Source: Paraspadella gotoi (Eukaryota; Animalia; Chaetognatha). Taken from it: 64,000 nucleotides of DNA. The position numbers and the translations under genes were made by a program. Below, piece by piece: positions 47,066-60,204 of this stretch; within the stretch, counting starts at the first letter, position 1; the number at the start of each line of letters is the position of its first letter. The notes under the pieces are model-generated. The model was given only the letters and a program-made list of their open reading frames with translations. It did not search any database and was not told where the DNA came from. The stretch is taken from assembly GCA_051294375.1 (NCBI GenBank), contig CM119263.1, positions 4,048,161-4,112,160 of the forward strand. Direction: 5' to 3'.

Positions 47066-47486
47066 AAGGGGGATTGCATGTGCGAACAGAGGGTTGCCAA
47101 CAAAGGGTTGGAATATAATAGTAGTAAAGATAAACATCGAAAATATCTATTATGATTTCGTTGTGCGCTATCTTCTTTCTTAAGAATTATGTATAAAAGT
47201 CAAATACGTATTTTTCAAAATATTTCTTAACTCGCCAATTTCACTTAACCTTTTTTTCTCTTCTACTTTTGTTTTACTTTTTTTCCTTTTTCTCTTTTTC
47301 ATACTTCTCTTTACTTTCCTTTTTTTCCCTTTTTCTCTTTTTTCTTCTCTTTTCTTTTCTTTTTCTCCCTTTTTTTTCTTTTCTTCAATTCAGATCCACT
47401 CTCGTCTCTCTCTTCTCTTTTGCTTTCAATTCACGTTCCAACTTTTTTCTACTTTTTTTCTCTTCAAATATTCCGCTCCTTTTGTC

Positions 47487-47623
<137 letters not shown>

Positions 47624-47699
47624 CTTCTAGACTTGGTGGAGTCATCGTCCCGAGATGAAGTGATAAACCAAGAAATAAGGAGAAGTTCATTTGTTTAAA

Positions 47700-47990
47700 G
47701 AGGCAATGAAAGAGAAGGAAATGACAGAGAAAGAAATGACAGAGAAGGAAATGACAGAGAAGGCTATGACAGAGGAAGCAATGACAGAGGAGGCAATGAC
47801 AGTGGAGGTAATGAAAGAAATGAAAATGATAGAGGAGGCAATGATAGAGAAGGCAATGACAGAAGAGGCAATGAAAGAAAAGGCAATGATAGAGAAGGCA
47901 ATGACAGAGAGGGCAATGACAGAGGAGACAATGACAGAAAAGCCAATGACAGAGAAAGCTTTGAGAGTGAAGGCAATGAAAGAGAGGACA
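47700..47990. repeat. 15-bp minisatellite (GCAATGACAGAGAAG-like)
   Basis: Direct reading. It gives the (AMTEK)n ORF. Confidence 0.9.
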
Positions 47991-48478
47991 GAGGACAGAG
48001 GGACTGATAACAAAGAAGGAAAATTACCCGTGATGCGACTTGGCAATTTCATCTTATCTATTTGTTATAATGTTTTGTAATAAAATTGTAGTGTTTCATT
48101 ACAATCAGTGAATTATTAGTTTCATCTTTTAAAATAAAAAAAATGTTTTTGATGCTACCGAGATAGAATATTTTTAGCCGGATCTGCCTACAGCAGATTC
48201 CGTTTATAAAATTCACTTTGTCGATCCGTCAGTCCCACCACCAAATCTTGTCAGTAAGTCATTTAGATCATCGAATTAATATAAATTATGCAAACAAAAC
48301 GATGTCCAAGGCTAATTACTCTTGAGTGGATTGGGCGATTTACTTAAATTTTTTTGCTCAAACTTGTTTCTATTATCAATCTGTCTTTCTATCTCTCTTC
48401 TCTTTTTTTTTCTTTATTCCTCCCTTAACTCGCTGTCAATCTCAAAGATCCCTTAAAGCCAGCAGTCGTGCCTCTCTC

Positions 48479-48555
<77 letters not shown>

Positions 48556-49544
48556 AGTCACACGAGCTCCACAACCTTTTTAGCCTTTAAACTATCAATC
48601 GTTGGCCGCTTTTACCGTCCGTTTCGGACTGTACTGCTGCCGCTGCCGCCGCCGCCACCGCCACCGCCGCCTTTCCTGCCGCCTCTTTTTTTTAAAAGCC
48701 CCTAAAAGGGCAGCGCCGCCTAAACGGAGGTTCGATGGCCTTTTTCCTTTTGAGTTTGCGAACTGGATTCTCGGCGCGAAGTTGTTCAGTTTACGCTTTT
48801 TATTTTAACATCTTTTACTTTCTATTTCATCTTCACTTTTACTTTCACTTTAGTTCATATTTACTTTCACTTTCACTTTTATTATCTAATTAACTTATTC
48901 TCTTTTCTTATTCCTCTTACTTTAGATCTTTCTTTCTTTTTATTTTTCTTTTTTCTTTTTTTTCTTTTCTTCCTTCGTTTTCTACCACTCCTTTCTTAAT
49001 CTCTTCTCTCTTCTCTTTCTTTTCCCACTTCACATTCCCCTCTTTTTTTATTCTTCCTCCCCTTTTCTCTTCCAGAAATTCTTCCTTCCTCCTTCTTCCC
49101 TCTTAGCTTTTCTTCTCTTTTCCTCCATCTTTAACCTCTCCTCTATTTCTCTTCACTCCTTCTCCCCTTTCCTCTTTCCCTTCTCTCTGTCCTTACCTTT
49201 TCCCTACTTAACCTCCCCTCCTCCTTCTCTTCCTCCTCCTCCTCCTCTTCCTCTTCTTTTCCCTCTGAAATACGACCCTCTCTCTGCACATCTGTCTCGA
49301 GTCAAATGTAGCGGAAGTGAGAAGGACAAACTGGAGGTTATGTCCGAATCCTGATCCTTTGGACGAGGACAAAGTGAGGGAAACGTCCGAACCCTGATCC
49401 CCCTCTTTCGGTCGCCTCGGCTCGATCCGTGATTGGCTTAAATGTCCTTAATCCGAAATTCTCTCCACCAATCGCCGGCCGTAAATTTTGTGCGTTAATT
49501 TTTTAAAATCAATTAGACAAGGAAAGAAAAATCTAGATTTCAAT

Positions 49545-49601
49545 CACCAACCAATCAATCTATCAACCAATCTTTCGATCATCCGATCAATCGATCAATC
49601 G

Positions 49602-49633
<32 letters not shown>

Positions 49634-49725
49634 ATCAATCGATCAATCGATCAATCGATCAATCAATCAATCAATCAATCGATCAATCGATCAATCGATC
49701 AATCGATCAATTAATCAATTCGTCG
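49545..49725. repeat. (ATCA)/(ATCG) compound microsatellite
   Basis: Direct reading. Confidence 0.9.
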
Positions 49726-50053
49726 ATAAAAGAATAAAATGAAACGCGTGCGAATTATTTGCTTTGAAATTAAACTTTACACAATTAACTTTACAATTAA
49801 CAATTAACAGTTGCCTTCACAATTAACTTAAGACAATTTCACGAGCTCAATTTTAATTTCATGGCAAGATTGTAATTGTAGTTTATGTTTCATTTAGAAA
49901 AGTCAACATATAAAAACAGAGAATTTTCAAAGGGAAAAGTATTTACTGATTTATCTGCCCAGAGCAAAGAACTACAAAAATCGTAATTATCGTCATTTCC
50001 ATATTACAACATATCGGAAATGAAAGTAGCTAATTATTATAAGTAGAACTTAC

Positions 50054-50175
50054 CCGTCGCACGCAAGACGAAGAAGAGGAGGAGAGCGCCGCGCGAAAAC
50101 AGGTGGGCGTGGCAAGATAGGAGAAAGGGCGAACGCTGATTGGTCGGCGATGTCATCCCGACGACCAATCAGAAG
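50054..50175 (-). promoter_or_regulatory. Putative promoter and short first exon of a minus-strand gene
   Basis: GC-rich island with inverted CCAAT boxes (50136-50146, 50162-50172), Sp/KLF GGGCGTGGC (50105-50113) and E2F-like GCGCGAAAA (50091-50099). A pyrimidine-rich leader follows, then a minus-strand donor GG|GTAAGT (acttac at 50048-50053). Confidence 0.55.
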
Positions 50176-51117
50176 CCACGGGAAGAAAGAAGATTCTGTA
50201 AATAAATAAAAGAGTAGAGTTTTAATCATGAGAGAGAAATTAAACGATATTCAAATAAACAAAAGTTAAAAAAATGACGAATAGATAGAACCAAAGGAAA
50301 ATACTGAGATTATTAGTTTCCTCGTCTTTAATAATGAAAATAAAAGGATGCCTCGATGCGTGGATGCCCCTTTGACACATATTTTATTAAAAAATACAAA
50401 ATTACTTGAATTACTATATTAGACTTAAAAAATTCATATTAAAATTATTAAACGAAGAGAATAGAAGAGAAGAGAATGTTTATTACATTTTTTTCTAGAA
50501 AGAGAGAAATTAATAAATCAACTTAATTTTAAATTCAAAAAAATAATAATTAGGATGGTAAAAGCAATGAAGATAACGACGAAGAATAAAAAAACGATAA
50601 CGACCACAACTACGACGATTACGAAAACGACGACAATGAGGACGACGACGACAACGACGACAACGAAGATGACGTGTCTCCAGATCTTGTTTTGGGCCTC
50701 TTTTTATCGAGAGCATTATGGAGGAAAAGGATCGAAGGAGTCACGAGAGATGACTCGAATCGTCGTCGTCGTCGTCGTCGACGACGTCATATTTTTATCA
50801 CCCAAACATCTTTTGATTATTTCTCCTGAGGTGGATTTTCCCACGACTCTGTCGTCCGGGAGGAGAAAGGAGCCTCTCTGGTGAATGGTAAGTGAAAAGT
50901 GAGTTTGTCGAGTGAGTTTGAATGACAGAATGTGTGAATGTTTTTTTAATTTATTTTTTTTTATATTTTTGTCAAACATCGTTTAAATTTTTGGTCTTTT
51001 GTTTGTGATTTAGATAGAATGTGATGATATTATTTTTTTTTTCTTTCCTTTTCTGGTTCAGTTAATCGTTCCTTACTTTTTTCTTTCCAATCCCGAATTC
51101 ATTTCTCAACTTCCCAA

Positions 51118-51150
<33 letters not shown>

Positions 51151-51263
51151 GTTGTTTGATTAAACAACGACTACCATTTCAATTTTTTCCACATTTTTTT
51201 CCTTTTCCTTTTTTTTTCTTCCAGTTTTGAGAAAACAAGAAAATAAGTTCAACTTCGACCTTC

Positions 51264-51386
<123 letters not shown>

Positions 51387-51520
51387 ATTTCCTTTTAAGC
51401 CAAGTTGCCAAGCTAAAGAGAACCAAAAAAAGTCAAAGGAAATGTGAGAGAAAGAAATGAAAAAAAAAGGAAAAAAGATTCTTCCTTTCTTTTTTATCTT
51501 TCGTTCTTTCTTTCTTTCCT

Positions 51521-51607
<87 letters not shown>

Positions 51608-52261
51608 ATTTTTCTTTCTATCTTTCTGTCTATTTTTTTTTCTATCTTTCTGTCTTTCTTTCAGTCGCCATTTTTTCGTCATTTTTTACTCATGATTCTT
51701 TCAAGCAGGAGAAGTCGCAAGGGAGGCAACCGAGACGGTGAGAGAAAGAGGGGAGAAGGGTAGAGAGGAAAGAAGAAAGGGAGAGAAAAGGTAAGTTTAG
51801 AGGGAGAGAGAGAAGGAGAGAAGAAGAGAGAGAGGGACTGATGGCGGATAAGAGGGAGGAAAGGAGGAGAGCATGAAAAGAGGGTTTTCTCATGTTATAT
51901 AAAAAAAGAGAGAAGACAATGAAAGAGAAATTCTTTACTGAAAAATGGAAAATAAAATTGAATTTCTATACTTTTTTTACTTTTTATACATTGTAACTTT
52001 TTAATTATCGAGAGAGACGAGAAACTGATAACAGATCAAAACATAAGTAATTAAATCAATTAAATCGACTCGGAATCGTTGCGAAGCCGTCGACGTCGAA
52101 CTTTTTTTCTTTTTCTCACCGCTAGAATCGCTGGAATCGCAAGGACCCGTCACTCCAGACTCGCATCGTCTGTCGCCTAGCAACGCCTCATAAGCTCAAA
52201 ACAACAACAAAGAAAAACGGGCTTCCGCATCGACTCATCTCTCTCAACCTATTTCGTAGCG

Positions 52262-52297
<36 letters not shown>

Positions 52298-52299
52298 TC

Positions 52300-52304
52300 T
52301 CCTC

Positions 52305-52362
<58 letters not shown>

Positions 52363-52839
52363 GACTCTTTATTCTTTTTACGATGCCAGTTCCTTTTTTA
52401 TGGCACCAGATCCGGATTGCGCGTCGAGACGAACGCATTAAACTTTGTTTCCGGTACAAAAAAAATGGCGGCGTTGTTGAGAGACGGGGGGTAAAGGTGA
52501 GTTTAAAATGGGATAGGAGGGCGAATGAGGAGTTTAGGCGAATTTTGCAGGGTGGTGCTTATAAATTCGAGCCTCTGCTGTATATACTTGATTGGCAGGG
52601 CGAATGAGGAGTTAGGGAATTTCGAAGGGTGGTGCTTATAATTCGAGCCTCTGTGTATATACTTGATTGGCAGCGCGAATGGAGGAGTTAGGGAATTTTG
52701 CAGGGTGGTGCTTATAATTCGAGCCTCTGTGAGGCAGGAGGATGGACTTAAGGGGTTAAAGGTGAGTTAAAAAGGGGTAGAAAGCGTGCGAGGGGGCAGA
52801 GAAATGAAGGCGCTNNNNNNNNNNNNNNNNNNNNNNNNN

Positions 52840-52874
<35 letters not shown>

Positions 52875-53300
52875 ACTCTTATTCTTTACGATGCCAGTTC
52901 CTTTTTATGGCACCAGATCCGGATTGCGCGTCGAGACGAACGCATAAACTTTGTTTCCGGTACAAAAAAAATGGCGGCGGTTGAGAGAACGGGGGCGGTT
53001 AAATAGGTGAGTTTAAAATGGGATAGGAGGGGCGAATGAGGAGTATTAGGGAATTTTTGCAGGGTGGTGCTTATAATTCGAGCCTCTGTGTATATACTTG
53101 ATTGGCAGGGCGAATGAGGACGTTAGGGAATTTCGAAGGTGGTGGTGCTTAATTCGAGCCTCTGTGTATATACTTGATTGGCAGGCGAATGAGGAGTTAG
53201 GGAATTTTGCAGGTGGTGCTTATAATTCGAGCCTCTGTGAGGCAGGAGGATGGACTTAAGGGGTTAAAGGTGAGTTAAAAAGGGGTAGAAGCGGGCGATG
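52300..53300. repeat. ~500 bp duplication across the 25-N gap at 52815-52839
   Basis: ccgactctttattc...ggcaccagatccggattgcgcgtcgagacgaacgca appears on both sides. Confidence 0.9.
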
Positions 53301-55145
53301 GGGCAGGGGATCGGACCTAAGTGGGTAAAGGTGGAAGTTAAAACTGAGGAGGAGGGGGCAGAGAGGCCAGAGTTGGTGGGAATTTGCTGTCTTCTTTTTC
53401 CCCTACTAAATATGCCTAAATATGAGTTTAAAAGGGTTAGAAAGCGGGCAGGGGGTCAGGGGATCGGACCTAAGGGGTAAAGTGTAGTTAAAACTGAGGA
53501 CGGAGAGGAGGGCAGAGAGGCCAGCAGGAGTGGGGAATTCGCTGTCTTCCTTTTTCCCCTACTAAATATGCCTAAATATGAGTTAAAAAGGCGGTTAGAA
53601 GCCGGTGAGGTCAGGGGATGGACCTAAGGGTATAGGTGAGTTAAAACTGAGGAGGAGGGGGGGCAGACAGAGGCCAGAGGGGTGGGAATTCGACGTTGTC
53701 TTCTTTTTCCCTACTATAATTAATGCCTAAATTGAGTTAAAAAAGGGTGTTAGAAGCGAAGAGGGCAGGGATGGACCTTAAGGGTAAAGGTGAGTTAAAA
53801 TCGTAGGAGGAGGGGGCAGAGAGGGCCAGAGGGGTGGGAATTCCCGCTTGTAAATTCACTTCTTCTCTTTTTTTTCTTTTCCCTACTAAATATGGCCTAA
53901 ATAAATGAGTTAAAAAGGGGTTAGAAGCGGCGACGAGGCGGGGTCTAGGTGTGGATAGGACCTAACGGGGTAAATGGTGAGTTAAAACTGAGGGGAGGGG
54001 GCAGAAGCGCCAGAGGGGTGGGATTCGCTTGTTTCTTCTTTTTCCCCTACTAAATGATGCCTAAAATATGATTTTAAAAAAGGGGTAGAAGCGGCGAGGG
54101 GGCAGGGGATGGACCTAAGGGGTAAAGGTGAGTTAAAACTGAGGAGGAGGGGGGCAGAGAGGCCAGAGGGGTGGGAATTCGCTGTCTTCTTTTTCCCCTA
54201 CTAAATATGCCTAAATATGAGTTAAAAAGGGGTTAGAAGCGGCGAGGGGGTCAGGGGATGGACCTAAGGGGTAATAGGTGAGTTACAACTGAGAGGAGGA
54301 GGAGGGCAAGAGAGGCCAGAGGGTGTGGGAATGTCGCTGTCTTCTTTTTCCCGCGCTACTAAAAAATATTGCCCTAATTATGAGTTATAAAAGGGGTTTG
54401 ATAGCCGGTGAGGGGGTCAGGGGAGTGGACCTAAGGGGTATAAGGTGAGTTAACAACTGAGGAGGAGGGGGGGCTAGAAGAGCGCAGAGGCGGTGCGAAT
54501 TCGCTGTCTCTCTTTTCCCCTACCTATAATATGCCTAAATATGAGCTTAAAAAGGGCGTTTAACGAAGTTACGAAGAGCGGGCGCAGGGGCATGGACCTA
54601 AGCGGTAAAGGGAGTTAAATGTAGGAGGAGGGGGCAGAGAGGGCGCAGAGGGGTGGGAATCGCTGTCTTCTTTTTCCGACCGTTACTAAAGATAATGCTA
54701 AATATCAGGTTAAAAAGGGTTAGAAGCGGCCGAGGCGGGTGCAGGGCGATGGACCTAAGCGGGTAAAACAGGTGAGTTAAAACTGAGGGGAGGGGGCAGA
54801 GAGGCCAGAGGGGTGGGATATACGCTTGTCTTTCTTTTTCCCCTACTAAATGATGCCTAAATATGATTTTAAAAAAGGGGCTTAGAAAGCCGTGAGGGGG
54901 CAGGGATGGAACGGCTAAGGGGTAAATGTGTGAGAATTTAAAACTCGAGGAGAGAGGGGGGCAGATGAGGCCGAGAGGGGTGGATTCGCTGTCTTTTTCC
55001 CCTACTAATTATGACTAAATATGAGTTAAAAAGGGCGTTTAGAAGCGAGAGGGGGCAGGTGGTGGACCTAAGGGGTAAAGGTGATTAAAACTGAGGAGGA
55101 GGGGGGCAGAGAGGCCAGTGGGGTGGGAATTCGCTATCTTCTTTT
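52519..55145. repeat. Compound satellite: ~76-bp unit (~2.7 copies, duplicated) followed by a ~149-bp unit (~12 copies)
   Basis: ggcgaatgagg recurs about every 76 bp. ggacctaagggg recurs about every 150 bp from 53313 to 55064 (e.g. 54111 and 54260). Confidence 0.93.
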
Positions 55146-55914
55146 TTCTTTGCGGCGCGAGAAGGAAACAAAAGATAACGCGGGCGGAGAAAGGATGATC
55201 ATTTTCGTAATGGTTCTTCGGAAGATGAGGAGGAAGAGAAAGGGTTCAGGGTCTTTCGGGTAAGGTTTAGCTGCTGGAGATTTTAGACTTTGGTTTTGGA
55301 TTGGGTGAGTGAAGTTGAAGTGAGGGTAAGTGTTTGAAAGGTTGTTGGGAAGGAGTAGTCGTTTGATTGAGGAGAAAAAGGTGAGGTTACGGTTAAAAAT
55401 CAAGCGCTTTTTCAAAAGTGTGAAGACAACGAAAACCGATTTTGTTTTACTAGGTAAGTATAACCATAAGTTATAAGTTATTTTGCAAACCAAAGTAAGA
55501 TGTGAACAATACTATCATCCCTCTCCCCATTCTACAATAAAAAATGTTAATGGTTAAAACTTAAATAAGGCTAGTTATTAAGCATAATATTTACATAAAT
55601 ACATCTAATATTTTTTTGTAATTATGAAATATAATCTAATATACGTAGTAGACTTAGAATCGGTAATTTTGCAATTTTCATATAATTGGTACTACTTTTT
55701 TTTTCTCAGTTCCGATTTCAAGCTCGCCGAAAGAAATTTTTGTGGTATAGCGTAACCATTTAATATTTATTTTCAAGTTACACTTTTTCACTCTACATTT
55801 TTTCGCGATGTCATCCGTTTTACGAGCGAAACCGAAGCGACATCTCGCGAAATTTACTGAGAACTCGAGACCGGAGGGTGAGAACCGGTTTGGGTGAAGA
55901 GAAAGACGAGAAGG

Positions 55915-56405
55915 AGAGGAGAAAATAAAAATAAATATAAACAGAAGAAGACAAATAAAAATAAAAAAGCGAAAAAAAGAGAAGGAGAGAAGAAAATATA
56001 AAATGAATATAAACAGAAGAAGACAAATAAAAATAAAAAAGCGAAAAAGCGAAAAAGCGAAAAAGGGAAGGAGAGAAGAAAATAAAAATAAATATAAACA
56101 GAAGAAGACAAATAAAAATAAAAAAGCGAAAAAAAGAGAAGGAGAGAAGAAAATATAAAATGAATATAAACAGAAGAAGACAAATAAAAATAAAAAAGCG
56201 AAAAAAAGAGAAGGAGAGAAGAAATTATAAAATGAATATAAACAGAAGAAGACAAATAAAAATAAAAAAGCGAAAAAGCGAAGGAGAGAAGAAAATAAAA
56301 ATAAATATAAACAGAAGAAGACAAATAAAAATAAAAAAGCGAAAAAGGGAAGGAGAGAAGAAAATATAAAATAAATACGTATAAACAGAAGAAGACAAAT
56401 AAAAA
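55915..56405. repeat. ~70-bp A-rich minisatellite, ~7 copies
   Basis: aaacagaagaagacaaat recurs every 69-85 bp. Confidence 0.9.
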
Positions 56406-57031
56406 GAAAAGAGTAAAAGAAAAGAAATATAAAACAGATAAAGACAAAGAGAATGAAAAATAATAAGAAAGAGACAAAAGAAAAAAAATAGAGAGAGTTT
56501 ATGAAAAGAAAAAAAAATCCGTTGGAATTGGATGAGGAAAGTTAAAGCCTCAGGATTTGCGAGAAGGAAAGTGGGGTCAACGCTGCGGAGAAGATGAAGG
56601 GTGAGTAAATGGTGGGGAGGAAGGTAAGGTCGGAGGAGGAAAGGGAGGAAAGGAGAGAGAAAAATCGTTGGTCGAGATATTATATATCACTAAGATACAA
56701 TCGTGGTTATAAAAAAGAAGGGAATAAAGAAAAGAAAAGAAAAGATTAGAAAAGAAAAGAAAGGGAGGAAGGTAAAGAAAAAGGAGGAAGAAAAAACTGA
56801 AGTGAAAATAAAGAGACATACGAGTAGAATAGAAAATAAAAAGAGAAGCGAAAAAGAAAAGACGAAAAAGGAAGAGAAGAGAAAATAGAGAGGAGAAGTT
56901 AAAACAAAAAATCTTCGCTGAACTTTTTGTCTGAACCTGAGGAAGAGGAGGAGGAGGAGGAGGAGGAGGAGGCGCTGGAGCTATGGTGTCACACTTACTT
57001 TTAAGTTTTTTCTCATGTCACTTGGGGATGG

Positions 57032-57097
<66 letters not shown>

Positions 57098-57393
57098 CGG
57101 CGAATTTTGTCAAAACAAAAAAAAATCACCAAAAAAGTGAGTTTTTTTTTTTAATATTTTTTTTTCCTATCTTCCTTTCCTTTTTTATTTTTCTCTCCTT
57201 TTTTCCTTTTTTCCTTTCTTTTATTTTTCTTTAATTTTTAGTTTTTTCTTTCCTCTACCGTCACAGAGGCGTAATAAAATCCAACAGATTTCGCCTCAAG
57301 AAAAAAAATGTTTTTGATGATTTTTATCTACATTTTTTTTTCTCGATGGCAAAGGAGGTTGAGAATAAGGAGGAGGAAGAGGAGAAGAAGGAA

Positions 57394-57425
<32 letters not shown>

Positions 57426-57846
57426 AGAGGAGGAAGAGAAGGAGGAGACGACCTGAATAAATCATTTTACAATTAAAAAAATCCTTTCCGCTGAAGACAA
57501 GACAAGTCGAGACATCCTCCCGAGATGTAAACAAGTAAACAAACTCGTTAAATTCCTATCAAATTGTCTTCGGTTTTAGCGTATTTTTTTTATAAGATTA
57601 AAAGACATATATTTAATATATTAATTTAGCCTATAATTCACTCTCATCTCGATTTGAACACCTCGAATAATTGACTTCAAACTTATGGCGTGTGATGCTA
57701 TTTTTATTGCCCCGTTTAATTCGGTAGCAGGGATGGCAGGGTGTTCGAGAAGACGCAGGGCATGGAGGCAGGAATCGTCCCCCCCCTGCCTTTCTCGCTT
57801 CCCGGGCAAAAATCCTTCCGCGAGAGAAACTCATCATTCAAATCGA

Positions 57847-57880
57847 GGGGCGGGTTTTATGACCTCGTTACCATGGCAAC
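57847..57880. promoter_or_regulatory. RFX X-box (GTTACCATGGCAAC) next to a GC box
   Basis: 14/14 match to GTTNCCATGGNAAC at 57867-57880, with GGGGCGGG at 57847-57854, in a GC-rich island. Confidence 0.6.
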
Positions 57881-58820
57881 AAATTCGTTTATTCCGTCGG
57901 CCGGGTGGAATCGGTCCGACGCCGCCCGACGCCGCCCGACGCCGCCCGAACCCTACCCGACGCCGCTCCGACGCCGCTCCGAGCCTCCGACGCCACCCTA
58001 CGCCGACTTCGGTTGCTATACGAAATTGTGGAGAAAAGGTAAACCAAACGAGGACAAACAAAACCAAAACAAAAGAGCGAAACAATTTACAGGAAAACGA
58101 AAGAAAAATAAACCAAAATAAAAGATATAAAAACATTTAAAAGCAAAAAAAAAAAAACAAAAAGAAAAACATACGTGAGATGAAGCTATAATTGTAGTTT
58201 CATTGTGGAGAGGCAGTGAAATTACAAAAAATAATAATAATTAGTTTATTGATCATACAGTTATTGCTTATACTACTCACATTGCATGTGATGACATGCA
58301 AAGATATTGTTATATTCTCAAGCTCGAGTTTTTACCCTGACGACCGATTAATGTGACTTGCAAAAATAAGAACTTCGCAAAAAATATTTTAAAAAAAACC
58401 TAAGCGAACACTTCACTTTAGTGACAGAGAGAGAGAAATATCAAAATATTATAAGGATCCGGTAAGAATTTAGGTGAAATAAAAGATAAAATCAAATGAA
58501 AAACAAATTAAGCAAAAAAAATGAGAATGGACCAAAAAAAGAACCAGAAACTAAAGCAAAATAAAGCAAAAAAAGCCAAAAAAAAAACAAAAACAAAACA
58601 ACAAAATAAAAGGCAATAAATTTTGTAATTATCAGTTGACCTCTTGTTTTGTTTTCAATCGACCTTTTTGTTTCGTTTTCCATTCGCCTTTTGTTTATTC
58701 AACGTTCGATTATCGCCATGAAATCGCAGCGCCACCTTTCGCCGCCGAAGGTCAGTTGCGACGAGAAAACAAAAGGCGCCAACGAGGAAAAACGACGCGA
58801 GCGGCGAAAATGGAAAATGG

Positions 58821-59078
58821 GGAGAATTAGAACAAATGGGAAAAGGGGAATGAATGGGAAAAGTCATTTGGAGCCAAATGGGAAAGAGAAAAGGAATGGA
58901 GGTCGGAGCAAATTGGGAATGGGAAAGAGAGAAAGAGAGACAATAGACAATAGACAATATTAAATTACTGTGCGGCTTTAGGCACCTTGAGGGCCTTTAA
59001 AAGCTACCTATTTCTCTAGATATTTTACAAATTGTAATTGACTTTGAAACAAAAGTGCATCCGCACCTTCTTAACTAC

Positions 59079-59136
<58 letters not shown>

Positions 59137-59275
59137 GAGAGAGAGGAGAGAGAGGCGGAGGAGAATTAGAACAAATGGGAAAAGGGGAATAGATGGAAAA
59201 GACATTTGGAGCCAAATGGGAAAGAGAGAAGGAATGGAGGTTGCAGCAAATTGGGAATGTGAAAGAGAGGAGAGC

Positions 59276-59313
<38 letters not shown>

Positions 59314-59413
59314 GATTAGAACAAATGGGAAAAGAGGAATGGATGGGAAAAGACATTTGAGCCAAATGGGAAAGAGAGAAGGAAATGGAGGATCGGAAGT
59401 AATTGGGAATGGA

Positions 59414-59420
<7 letters not shown>
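58821..59420. repeat. Three copies of a ~105-bp module interleaved with (GA)n
   Basis: attagaacaaatgggaaaag...catttg(g)agccaaatgggaaagaga...aattgggaatg at ~58821, ~59161 and ~59313. Confidence 0.88.
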
Positions 59421-59493
<73 letters not shown>

Positions 59494-59823
59494 AGTGAGA
59501 GAGAGAGAGAGCGAGGGAGAAGAGAGAGAGAGATATCTCTGTGAAAATGAATAAGATAAGAAGAATTTTAATAAAAGCCACGACGACTTTTGAGCTTCAA
59601 CATCGATAGAAATCTTAAGAAATCCAAGTCAGTTTGAAAATAAATTCAAGAAAAATTATTGTAGATTCAAAATTAAATACAAAGAGAAAAGATTTGGATT
59701 CAGAAAAAAAAAAAATTTGATTCAGAGAAAAAATAAAAAAACTCGGATGACGGATGAAGTTAAGTTTCCCTTTTTGGTAACCCTGTTGGCACCGCACTTC
59801 CTCGGTCAGAGTTGTTGTTATTT

Positions 59824-59874
<51 letters not shown>

Positions 59875-60167
59875 GTGAAATGGAAATGCGAGTCTAATTG
59901 AGCGGAGAGTAAGTTCACTCGGACAAAAAAAGTAAGTGACGGTGACATCGAGAATAAAAAAAGCGACAACGATGACAATGACGATCTTGACGACAACAAC
60001 TCACACTTTAAGAAGAACGACGACTACAACGACGACGACGACGAAAAAACCACCGGAGGTAAATTCAAACTTTGCCGTGAATTTTTTTTCGGTTCCATTA
60101 ATCTATTGCATGAGTCCGCCTTTTAGCCAGAGAGAGAGAGATGCGAAGAGATGAGAGAGAGAGAGAG

Positions 60168-60204
<37 letters not shown>

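Noticed and set aside
47691-48080. (AMTEK)n repeat protein ORF
   Set aside because: It is a 15-bp minisatellite open on both strands, with a non-ATG start and no splice context.
52519-55145. CRISPR-like or rDNA-spacer array
   Set aside because: Units are full tandem copies without unique spacers, the context is eukaryotic, and no cas or rRNA sequence is nearby.
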